Of a DNA stretch of 64,000 nt, positions 31,044-39,497 are shown piece by piece. Source of the DNA: an uncultured delta proteobacterium (lineage in GTDB: Bacteria; Desulfobacterota; Syntrophia; Syntrophales; UBA2192); NCBI GenBank assembly GCA_963828305.1, contig CAWHEJ010000012.1:117129-181128 (forward strand), given 5' to 3'. Position 1 is the stretch's first letter. Every line of letters begins with the position of its first letter. A program made the translations under genes and the position numbers. The notes below the pieces were generated by a model, which was not told where the DNA came from, ran no database searches, and worked only from the letters and a program-made list of their open reading frames with translations.

Positions 31044-32957
31044 TTGATAACAGGAATGATAGCATTGATTGCTGCAGGTATCGTTGTTATTGGTGTCCTG
31101 CTGCTTATCCTTGGCGGTTTTTGTTTGATTGGCCCCAATCAAGTCGGCATCCTTACGAAAAACATGTTTGGCAAAAAAATGCCTGAAGGACAAATCATCG
31201 CGCGTAACGGGGAAATAGGGGTTCAGGCGAGGACTTTGATGCCGGGGCTCTATTGGAGGATGCCTGTAATCTGGTCATTTGCCAAAGTTCCGGTAGTGGC
31301 GGTAGATATTGACAGTATCGGCATCGTCGAATCTATTGACGGCGAACCACTCCCCAAAGGGAGAGTGTTGGCCGACGAAGTCGAGTGTAATCAATTTCAA
31401 GATGCAGAGATGTTCTTAGCCAATCATGGAAAAAAGGGGCCGCAGGTCGGAATTCTGCGTCCAGGCACCTACCGGATCAATTCCAGACTGTTCAATATTA
31501 CCGCAGCTCCCGCGGTGAAAATAGATGAGAATACGGTTGGTATCGCCGTTGCCAAGGATGGGATTCCCTTGCCGACTGGCTATGTCATCGCCCCGAAGGC
31601 TCAAAATAATGACGGCACCGAAGCAGACCACAAGGCGTATCAAAATGGGCAGCTCTTTATCGACAGCAAAGGGTACCGGGGACCGCAGTTGGATACCCTG
31701 CAGCCGGGAATCTACTTCATCAATCCGAACTTATTTGACATTAAGATTGAAACGGTTGCAGAGGTCCTTCCAGGATACGTGGCGGTAATCAGGTCCAACG
31801 TGGGATTGGAGTTGGAGAGGACATCCGAGGGGCCAGATAAAACTTCCGGTGAAGGAAGACTGGGAGGTCCGATCCATGAAGATGTTGAGAAAATACTGAT
31901 CACCAATAAATATACTCGCGGCATTTGGAGAGAGCCGATCGCGCCAGGGAAATACAATCTGAATACGATTGCTTTCTCTGTCTATCAAGTGCCTACTTCC
32001 GCCGTCACCATCGATTGGGCAAGCGAGGGAAGAATCGGGACAGAGGTAAAGGGAGTTAAACCGACGGAGGCTAAGGCCGCGGGGGTACTGTACAGTTTTG
32101 ATCCCTTGAAGGTGACTTCTAAAGACGGCTTTCAATTGGAAGTCAATGTTCGAATGGTGATTCGAGTTCAGCCGGGCAATGCGGCCTACATCATAGCCCG
32201 GTTCGGGTCCGTGGCCAATCTGATCGATCAAATCGTCCATCCGCTGATCGATTCGTCTTTCAGGAATAAAGCCGGCGAGAAGAAAGCGATTGACTTTTTC
32301 CAAAGCCGGACGGACTTGCAGACCGAAGCACTGGCACACGCCAAAGAAAGATTTTCCGAATACAACGTAGAGGCTCAAAACCTGCTCATTGCCTATATCG
32401 ATATCCCGAAGGATTTGTTGGATACTCAAACCAAGAAGGAGATTGCCAATCAGCAGCAAGCCCAGTATGACCAGGAGGCACTGGCCCAGGAAAAACGCAT
32501 TGCGGTCATGGAGAAATCGTCTCGGGCGGATAAACAGAAAGATGTTATTGATGCCAAATTATCTATCGACATCAATAATGATCGGGCTGAGGCCAAAGTG
32601 AAGGAAGCTGACGGGAACAGGCGCTCTGTGATTCTTCAAGCTCAAGGGACAAAAGACTCCACAATCCTGATGGCTCAAGGGACTAAAGAATCTACCATAC
32701 TGGTGGCCGATGGCAATTCTTACAAAAGCAAGATTGAGGGCGACGGTGTTGCCGCTGCCTACATTGCCCAGAAGGAGGCCATTGGTCAGCAGAATGTAGC
32801 GATCATCAAACTCATTCAGGAAATAGCGGCCGGTAAGATTCAGATTGTGCCCCAGGTTCTGGTTGGGGGTGGGGAGGGCTCGGCGAGCGGCAACCTGTTC
32901 AATGCGTGGTTATCTCAAATGATTTCTCAAAACGCACCGAAAAATGAGGGAAAATAG
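31044..32957 (+). CDS. flotillin/SPFH (band-7) family protein, YqiK-like, N-terminal TM anchor
   Basis: TTG start 7 nt after AAGGAG. The N-terminal TM helix is followed by an SPFH-like region and a long Ala/Glu/Gln-rich coiled coil (EALAQEKRIA...). The gene is about 48% GC against about 64% in its surroundings. Confidence 0.7.
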   Translation: MITGMIALIAAGIVVIGVLLLILGGFCLIGPNQVGILTKNMFGKKMPEGQIIARNGEIGVQARTLMPGLYWRMPVIWSFAKVPVVAVDIDSIGIVESIDGEPLPKGRVLADEVECNQFQDAEMFLANHGKKGPQVGILRPGTYRINSRLFNITAAPAVKIDENTVGIAVAKDGIPLPTGYVIAPKAQNNDGTEADHKAYQNGQLFIDSKGYRGPQLDTLQPGIYFINPNLFDIKIETVAEVLPGYVAVIRSNVGLELERTSEGPDKTSGEGRLGGPIHEDVEKILITNKYTRGIWREPIAPGKYNLNTIAFSVYQVPTSAVTIDWASEGRIGTEVKGVKPTEAKAAGVLYSFDPLKVTSKDGFQLEVNVRMVIRVQPGNAAYIIARFGSVANLIDQIVHPLIDSSFRNKAGEKKAIDFFQSRTDLQTEALAHAKERFSEYNVEAQNLLIAYIDIPKDLLDTQTKKEIANQQQAQYDQEALAQEKRIAVMEKSSRADKQKDVIDAKLSIDINNDRAEAKVKEADGNRRSVILQAQGTKDSTILMAQGTKESTILVADGNSYKSKIEGDGVAAAYIAQKEAIGQQNVAIIKLIQEIAAGKIQIVPQVLVGGGEGSASGNLFNAWLSQMISQNAPKNEGK

Positions 32958-32970
32958 ACAACAGCGACTG

Positions 32971-33036
32971 AAAAGAAAATCCCCCTTGCAGCCCCCTTTC
33001 ATAAAGGGGGCTGCAAGGGGGATTTTTTATTGCCTG
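32971..33036. repeat. 66-bp two-tier palindromic element, copy 2 (about 90% identical to copy 1)
   Basis: aaaagaaaatcccccttgcagccccctttcataaagggggctgcaagggggattttttattgcctg. Confidence 0.8.
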
Positions 33037-33054
33037 TGCCCTTTACCCTGGACC

Positions 33055-33705
33055 CTAGTCTGAGACGACTTCTGGGCGCATGGACACGATCGCCGTCCTG
33101 CCTTCCTTCGGTTCGCTGCCGTACTGCTTGTACAGGGCCAGGACACGCTTGACGTAGCCCTTCGTTTCCGCGTAGGGAGGGATGCCGCCGTATCTGGCCA
33201 CGGCCTTTTCGCCCGCGTTGTAGGCTGCAAGGGCAAGGGGAAGGTGGCCGTTGTAAACGTTCATGAGATAGCGCAGGTACTTGACGCCGCCTTCGATGTT
33301 GGACTCGGGTTCGAAGCTGTCCTTCACCTGCAGGGTCGAGGCGGTCTTCGGCATGAGCTGCATGAGGCCCTGGGCGCCCTTGGGCGAGACGGCCTTGTGG
33401 TTGAAGTTGGACTCGGCCTTAATGACGGCCTTGACGAGGGAGTAATCGACCTTGTACTTGTCGGAGGCCTTCTGGATCAAGGGCCCGTATTTCGTCATGT
33501 CGATGCCGGCCTTGATGATCACCCGCCGCTCCTTGATCCAGAGCTTGTAATCGGGGCTGGTGGGCAGGTTGGTGATGTGCATGACCCCTTTCTCGTCCGT
33601 GTAACGGTAGATGTCGGCATGGGCCGGCACAGCCGGGAAAAGGACGCCAAGCGTCAACATCCCGAGCACGACGGCAACGAAAACGGGCTTTGCATAGGGG
33701 TTCAT
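33055..33705 (-). CDS. lytic transglycosylase domain protein (Slt/MltE family), secreted
   Basis: Signal peptide MNPYAKPVFVAVVLGMLTLGVLFPAVPAHA and catalytic motif AVIKAESNFNHKAVSPKGAQGLMQLMP. Upstream ATGs at 33798 and 33828 are alternatives. Confidence 0.7.
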   Translation of the reverse strand: MNPYAKPVFVAVVLGMLTLGVLFPAVPAHADIYRYTDEKGVMHITNLPTSPDYKLWIKERRVIIKAGIDMTKYGPLIQKASDKYKVDYSLVKAVIKAESNFNHKAVSPKGAQGLMQLMPKTASTLQVKDSFEPESNIEGGVKYLRYLMNVYNGHLPLALAAYNAGEKAVARYGGIPPYAETKGYVKRVLALYKQYGSEPKEGRTAIVSMRPEVVSD

Positions 33706-34063
33706 ATACGGCACCGACGGGTCATCGAATTCTACCCAGGCGATTCTTCTATCAAAATTATGGGTTGGGAGAAAGCGGAAACTTTCCCGGCCCATCATGC
33801 CTGAAAAGAGCTTCAAGAACCATACCACCTCTATTTCCTATCGGCATCGCCCGCCATAACCTGAGCCTCAGCCGCGCAATCCGATGGACCGTCCGGGGAC
33901 GCCTGGGGAGTTTTGGCCCTACATCCCGGGGCAGACCGGCCCTGACTCGACGACAATCTAAATTTTCCTAATGATATTGAATAAGTTACCGATAATTAAC
34001 TTCAGGGGCCGGTCGAGGCCCGATGGAAAACGGCCCGCCAACAGCGACCCCCAAGGAGCGGTG

Positions 34064-34294
34064 ATGAGCGAAAGAATCCATGTAATTTTTTCGAGTACGA
34101 ATAAAAACTTTCTCTACAACTGCGAGATCCCGATCTCCATGCTGCCCAGAATCGGCGAGCGCATCCGGCTGAGCATCCCGGGCCACTCCGACATCCGTTG
34201 CTACGTGGAAGACATGGAGTGGCAGTATGCCGAGCTGGAAAAGATTATCGATATCTCTATCGTTGCACGGATCAAGATGCTGCAGGAGGACTAA
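34064..34294 (+). CDS. hypothetical protein (77 aa)
   Basis: Internal ATG of ORF 33971..34294. No recognisable domain. Weak support. Confidence 0.3.
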   Translation: MSERIHVIFSSTNKNFLYNCEIPISMLPRIGERIRLSIPGHSDIRCYVEDMEWQYAELEKIIDISIVARIKMLQED

Positions 34295-34295
34295 A

Positions 34296-34385
34296 GGATA
34301 GTGTCAAAGTGCATGAGTGCGAAAGTGTCGAAGTGAAGAAATCAAAAACGAAAACACTCAAACACTTAGACACTCAGACACAGCC
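34296..34385. repeat. inverted pair of octamer arrays (AGTGNNNN x4 then CACTNANA x3)
   Basis: agtgcatg agtgcgaa agtgtcga agtgaaga ... cactcaaa cacttaga cactcaga. The two halves are roughly reverse-complementary and could form a long hairpin. Confidence 0.6.
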
Positions 34386-34394
34386 GCACAGCGG

Positions 34395-34598
34395 CTAAAG
34401 CCTCCTGGCGATCATCTGCAGCAACATTCCCGCAATGAGCAAAAAGATGTACCATCGCCCGATTTCCAGAATCTGCGCCGACGAGATCGTTCCCAGCGTT
34501 CCCAGGATGATCACTACCACGAAGAATGCCAGCCCCCCCAAGATGAGCCAGTAGACGATTTTCGCCTTTTTCAGCCATTCACGCCAGGGCGTTTCCAT
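34395..34598 (-). CDS. small two-TM membrane protein, hypothetical
   Basis: 67 aa with two hydrophobic segments. Confidence 0.35.
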   Translation of the reverse strand: METPWREWLKKAKIVYWLILGGLAFFVVVIILGTLGTISSAQILEIGRWYIFLLIAGMLLQMIARRL

Positions 34599-34672
34599 CG
34601 GTTTCCCGTTCTCCGGGTCGTTTGCGAGTTGACAGGCCGTTCGTTTTCACATAAAAAAGCTCAGGGGATGCC

Positions 34673-35128
34673 ATGAATCGACGGGTCGTAACAATCATGC
34701 TCTCATGCACGCTGCTGGTAGCGGGGTGTGCTGGGCTTTTTTTTGACGAGCCCACCATCACCTTGAAAGAAATCCACGTCCGCCAGCTTTCCCTGACCGA
34801 TGCGTCGCTTGTCTTCGTCGCCGAGATCCAGAACCCCAACAGCTATGAGCTTCGACTGAAGTCGCTCGACTACACCGTCCACCTTAGCGGACGAGAGGCC
34901 GGCAACGGGTCGTTGCAGAAAGAGATTTTAGTCCCCGCTTCCTCCTCGACCCCGATCGAGATCCCCGTTTCGGCGCGCTTCGGCGGCCTGGGAGGAATTG
35001 CCAGAATGTACCTCTCCGGCCAGGAGCTTCCCTACCGGATCGAGGGTAAAGCCCTCGTAAAGGCGGGCCTCTTCGACCGCACCTTCCCCTTCTCCCGCAC
35101 CGGCACCCTGTCGACGAAAAAGTCCTGA
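34673..35128 (+). CDS. LEA type 2 (NDR1/HIN1-like) family lipoprotein
   Basis: Lipobox LVAGC. The pattern ITLKEIHVRQLSLTDASLVFVAEIQNPNSYELRLKSLDYTVHLSG is typical of LEA_2. Confidence 0.65.
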   Translation: MNRRVVTIMLSCTLLVAGCAGLFFDEPTITLKEIHVRQLSLTDASLVFVAEIQNPNSYELRLKSLDYTVHLSGREAGNGSLQKEILVPASSSTPIEIPVSARFGGLGGIARMYLSGQELPYRIEGKALVKAGLFDRTFPFSRTGTLSTKKS

Positions 35129-35189
35129 GGATTTAATCTCTCAGTTCTTCCTGAAGCCTGCTGCCTGTAGCCTGCAGCCGCAAAGCTGC

Positions 35190-36572
35190 TTATATTTCGT
35201 AGCTTTCCCCCAATGCCGGCACTCTCGTCAAAAAACCCAGCTTCTCCTTCACCTGCTTCTCGAAATCGAGGGCCGCTGTCTCCTCGCCGTGGACGATGAA
35301 GACCTCAGGCTTGTTTTTAAAGAGGCCCAGCCACTCCAGCAGTTCCTTCTGGTCGGCGTGGGCGGAGAAGCCGCCGATCGTGAAGACGCGGGATCGGACG
35401 GCGACCTTGTCGCCCAGGATCCAGACCTCCTTTGCCCCGTCGACGATGGCCCGCCCCAGGGTCCCTTTGGCCTGGAACCCCACGAAGACGACGCTGCACT
35501 CCGGGCGCCAGAGGTTGTGCTTGAGGTGGTGGCGGATGCGCCCGCCTTCACACATCCCGCTTCCGGCCATCACGATGACCCCCGAGGTGATCTGGTTGAG
35601 CTTCATGGATTCCTGGACGGAGGAGGTGAAGTGCACGCGTAAGGCTTTGCCCTTCTTCTTCCCGAAGAGGCCTTTCGCATCTTTGTCGAAGAGCTCGGGA
35701 TGGGAAGAGTAGACCTTTGTGACTTCGTCGGCCAGCGGGCTGTCCACGTAGACGTCCAGCGGTGAGGCCAGCCGTCCCTCGCGAACGAGCTTGTTGAAGA
35801 TGTAGATGAGATCCTGTGTGCGCCCCACGGCAAAAGAGGGAATGTACACGTTCCCGCCCCGCTTGAAGGTGGTCTCGACAGCATCGGCGAGCTCCTCGAG
35901 GCTGTCTCCCGTCCCCTTGTGGAGGCGGTTGCCGTAGGTGGACTCGACGACGACGTAGTCGGCCTCGGCTGCGTGTTCAGGATCCTGGATGATGGGGTTG
36001 CCCTTTTTCCCGATGTCGCCGGAAAAGATGATTTTCTTCTCCGGGTTATTCCGGTACCAGAGCTCCAGGGTCCCCGACCCGAGGATGTGCCCCGCGTCAC
36101 AGAAGCGGTACCGGATCACGCTGTCCAAAGCATAGGTTTCCCCGTACTGTTTCTTCTCGAAAAAGGGAATGGCGGCAATGGCATCCTCGACGGTGTAGAG
36201 GGGCTCGAAAACCTTTTCGCTTCCGGAGCGCCGGGCCTTCTTCGTCATCCACTTGGCGTCCATCTCCTGGATGTGGGCCGAGTCGGCCAGCATGACCCTC
36301 GAGAGCTCCGCTGTGGCGGCCGTCGTGATGATCCTGCCCTTGAAGCCCTCCCGGACCAGGCGCGGCACGAGCCCCGTGTGGTCGATGTGGGCGTGGGTCA
36401 AAAAGACGCATTCGATCTCCCGGGGGTTAAAGCCGAAGGGCTTGCGGTTGAGCTCGTCGGACTCGATCCCCTGGTGCATCCCGCAGTCCACGAGGAACTG
36501 CCGGCTGTTTACGGAGAGGTGAAAACACGACCCCGTGACTTTACGCGCCGCGCCGAGGAAGGTGATCTTCAT
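35190..36572 (-). CDS. MBL-fold beta-CASP ribonuclease (RNA-metabolising metallo-beta-lactamase)
   Basis: FLGAARKVTGSCF...HAHIDHTG, with a beta-CASP region and C-terminal RNA-specificity domain. 460 aa. Confidence 0.85.
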   Translation of the reverse strand: MKITFLGAARKVTGSCFHLSVNSRQFLVDCGMHQGIESDELNRKPFGFNPREIECVFLTHAHIDHTGLVPRLVREGFKGRIITTAATAELSRVMLADSAHIQEMDAKWMTKKARRSGSEKVFEPLYTVEDAIAAIPFFEKKQYGETYALDSVIRYRFCDAGHILGSGTLELWYRNNPEKKIIFSGDIGKKGNPIIQDPEHAAEADYVVVESTYGNRLHKGTGDSLEELADAVETTFKRGGNVYIPSFAVGRTQDLIYIFNKLVREGRLASPLDVYVDSPLADEVTKVYSSHPELFDKDAKGLFGKKKGKALRVHFTSSVQESMKLNQITSGVIVMAGSGMCEGGRIRHHLKHNLWRPECSVVFVGFQAKGTLGRAIVDGAKEVWILGDKVAVRSRVFTIGGFSAHADQKELLEWLGLFKNKPEVFIVHGEETAALDFEKQVKEKLGFLTRVPALGESYEI

Positions 36573-36690
36573 GAGGTAGCCTCGCTAGGTTTCGCTGGTG
36601 AAGGAGAATAGGACAACCGATGGACAACACATTATTCATATAATAAAATAATCGGGCCGCGCAACAGAATAACACAGGCGGGATCGAATC

Positions 36691-37335
36691 GTGACAGAAA
36701 ATCGAAATGACACGCTCACGGCGGAAACCAAGTCGCGGTGGGACCGTCTTGCGAAACACTACGGCCTCGTCGAGTTCGTCTCGGAGTGGTACCTGAAGCC
36801 CTTCCGAAGGATCCTGTGGGCTTATGCCGCGGGACGCATCCTCGAGGCGGGAGCCGGGACGGGGCTCAATATAGCTTTCTACCCGCCGGGGGCCCGGGTC
36901 ACGGCGACGGATCTGTCCGGAACCATGCTGAGGAGGGCCCGGGAGCGCGCCCGCGAGCAGAAGGTAGATGTCACCTTCGAGGAGGCGGATCTCTGCGCCC
37001 TCCCCTTCGCAGACCACGCTTTCGATACGGCCGTGGCGACCTTCGTCTTCTGCTCCATGCCGGACCCGGTTGCGTGCCTGCGCGAAATGGGTCGTGTGAC
37101 CAGACCTGGCGGGCAGATCCTTCTTCTGGATCACGTGCGGATCGAGAGCCCGCTGATCGGCCCGCTGATGGACCGGCTCAACTCCGCAACGGTCCGCCTC
37201 GCCGGCGAGCACATCAGTCACCGGATGGATGAATTCGTGCGTGAGGCCGGAATTGAAATCCTGGAAAAACGCCGCCTTGGTCTGATGGGCATCATCCAGT
37301 TCATCGTCGCCCGGCCTGGAAAAGACAGAAGTTGA
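36691..37335 (+). CDS. class I SAM-dependent methyltransferase
   Basis: GTG start. Motif I ILEAGAGTGLN and post-I ATDLS. Confidence 0.75.
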   Translation: MTENRNDTLTAETKSRWDRLAKHYGLVEFVSEWYLKPFRRILWAYAAGRILEAGAGTGLNIAFYPPGARVTATDLSGTMLRRARERAREQKVDVTFEEADLCALPFADHAFDTAVATFVFCSMPDPVACLREMGRVTRPGGQILLLDHVRIESPLIGPLMDRLNSATVRLAGEHISHRMDEFVREAGIEILEKRRLGLMGIIQFIVARPGKDRS

Positions 37336-37358
37336 GAAGGTAAGAAGTTGAGAAGGTA
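37327..37358. repeat. 16-bp direct repeat x2 (agaagttgagaaggta)
   Basis: It begins within the methyltransferase stop codon (gaagtTGA). Confidence 0.6.
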
Positions 37359-37513
37359 AGAAAAAACCGGGGAAAGAGGTTTGTAACGAAAGCGTCGAGC
37401 CATAACGCGGGAAGCGGCTGCAGGCATTCTCTTGACAGCTCGGAAATGCTTCCCTAGACTCATTTTGCAACCATTAACCGCGCATCGTGCGGACAAAGAG
37501 GAGAAACGGGCCT

Positions 37514-39166
37514 ATGAACACCTTCAAGCAGGCCGCCGTGAAGATATACAACGACGCAAAGAAAGAGAAGCGCCTCACCGAGGGCCGCACCCTCGATGAG
37601 CTCAAGCGCATCGCCCTGCGCCATGAGGGCGTGATCCAGACGCAGGCCGGCTCGGTTGCCGCCGACTCGGAACCCATGAGCCGCTCGGCCCCCCACACCC
37701 GCAACAACATCGATCACGCCTTCGGCGAGCCTGAGGAGAAGCTCGCGCATCAGGCCGTGGAGCGCCTCTCGAAAGAAAAGATCGTCTGCCTCGACACGAT
37801 GGTGGGCGACGGCCGCGATGGGGTCACGGCGCGGTTCATCATGCCCGAGCAGTACGCCCAGATCGCTTACGGGCTCAAGCTGCTCATGGACTACCCCGCA
37901 GCGAGGGTCGTCGAGGAGCCCACCTACACGATCATTTTCTTCACCGACGAGGCTTTCGAGCCGAACAAGAAAAAGAAGCTCCTGGACAAGGACATCACCG
38001 TGCGCCTCTGGATGGGCGAGAAGCGGGGCGAGCAGGTCAAGATCTGCCGCAACACCGTCTACCTCGGTGAGGGGAAAAAGGGCGTCTTCATGTTCGAGGA
38101 CTGGCGCGTGAAGGCCATCGACAGGACGGGCATCTTCCTTCACGCCGGCGCCCGGAGGGACTGGCTCTGGATCCACGACCTCGAGACGGACAGGCCGGAG
38201 CTGACGGAAGTCGTCACGGCCATCTCGGGGCTCACGGCCACCGGGAAAACGACGACGCTGTGCCGCCGTCTTGCCCGCCTGCCCCGGGAGACCTCCGAGA
38301 TGATCGGCGACGACGGCGGGGCCTTCGCCTTCGACGGCGGCTATGCCGCCTACGAGATCGGCGGGCTCTACGTAAAGACGGAAGGCCTTGACCAGAGCCA
38401 GCCCGAGATCCTCCGGGCGGCCGAGTCGAGGGACGCCTTCCTGGAAAACGTGGCCGTCACGAAGTACCCCTACATGCCGGACTTCAAGGACACCCGCAAG
38501 ACCGGCAACGGCCGGGCCATCGTGACACGGGAGAAGCTCGAGATCGCAAGCCCCGGGCTTCGCGCCGACCGGCTGCACTACATCGTCATGCTCACGCGAA
38601 ACCCTCTGGCCAATGTGATCAGCAAGCTCACGCCCGAGCAGGCCACCATGCAGTTCATCTATGGCGAGTCCATCGAGAGCTCAGGCGGCAACCCCGAGGA
38701 GGCGGGCAGGTTCAAGCGCGAGTTCTTCCTCGACCCCTTCGTGGCGGGCGACCGGCTCGAGCACGCTATGATCTTCTACGAAATCCTCCGGAAGAGCCGC
38801 ATCAAGTGCTACCTGGCCAACACGGGGACCATCGGCCAGGACGAGCAGAAGGTGACGCTGAGGCAGTCGCTGGCGACCTACAACGACTTGCTTCGCTACC
38901 AGCTCCGCTTCAGCTACGAACCGGACTACCTCGGGCTGCACTACCCGATCAAGTGCGACCGGGCAAATCTCGATTTCATGATCGCCCACCGCCTCTTCCC
39001 CGACAAAGAGCTGCTCAAGAAGAAGCTCAGCGATTTCTTCCGCGGCCGCGAGCAGTACCTGGAGGCCTTCGAAGGCAAATACGGGAAGATCCCCGAGGCG
39101 ATCCGCGAGTCCGTCCCCTACCGCTACCGCGACATCAACGACAGCGAGAGGATCATGGCGGAATAG
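37514..39166 (+). CDS. phosphoenolpyruvate carboxykinase (ATP)-family protein, divergent
   Basis: Kinase-1a-like GLTATGKTTTL, FDGGYAAYEIGGLYVKTEGL (compare hDEWgW..GvFNfEGGCYAKt), and CYLANTGTIG (compare LVNTGWnG). 551 aa. Confidence 0.6.
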   Translation: MNTFKQAAVKIYNDAKKEKRLTEGRTLDELKRIALRHEGVIQTQAGSVAADSEPMSRSAPHTRNNIDHAFGEPEEKLAHQAVERLSKEKIVCLDTMVGDGRDGVTARFIMPEQYAQIAYGLKLLMDYPAARVVEEPTYTIIFFTDEAFEPNKKKKLLDKDITVRLWMGEKRGEQVKICRNTVYLGEGKKGVFMFEDWRVKAIDRTGIFLHAGARRDWLWIHDLETDRPELTEVVTAISGLTATGKTTTLCRRLARLPRETSEMIGDDGGAFAFDGGYAAYEIGGLYVKTEGLDQSQPEILRAAESRDAFLENVAVTKYPYMPDFKDTRKTGNGRAIVTREKLEIASPGLRADRLHYIVMLTRNPLANVISKLTPEQATMQFIYGESIESSGGNPEEAGRFKREFFLDPFVAGDRLEHAMIFYEILRKSRIKCYLANTGTIGQDEQKVTLRQSLATYNDLLRYQLRFSYEPDYLGLHYPIKCDRANLDFMIAHRLFPDKELLKKKLSDFFRGREQYLEAFEGKYGKIPEAIRESVPYRYRDINDSERIMAE

Positions 39167-39265
39167 CGATCAATGAACAATCCTGTCATTCCCGCGGAGG
39201 CGGGAATCCAGAAAAGATTGGATGCCGGATCAGGTCCGGCATGACATATTCACACAACAAATCGA

Positions 39266-39297
39266 AGCCGCCCCTCGTTTCGAGCGGGCGGCTTTTC
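39266..39297 (+). terminator. rho-independent terminator candidate after the PEPCK-like gene
   Basis: agccgccc-ctcgtttcgag-cgggcggc followed by ttttcatt. Confidence 0.5.
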
Positions 39298-39312
39298 ATT
39301 ACACGATCCGGT

Positions 39313-39356
39313 GATTGCCTCTAACGCAGAATAACACGACTGCCCCCAACTGCACC
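39313..39356. repeat. 44-bp direct repeat, copy A (partner at 40669..40710)
   Basis: gattgcctctaacgcagaataacacgactgcccccaactgcacc is about 80% identical to copy B. It shares cagaataacac with 36664. Confidence 0.65.
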
Positions 39357-39497
39357 CCAGGAGCGCCCAGGCCGCGCCTTTCACCTGTTTATCCTCAAAC
39401 TTCCATAATGTTGAAGTGTGACGATTACGTAAAGTAAGGTTCGATTTCTCATGAACTTTCGGCGATCGTATTTTCCGCTCGCTCTCACGTGGCACTC

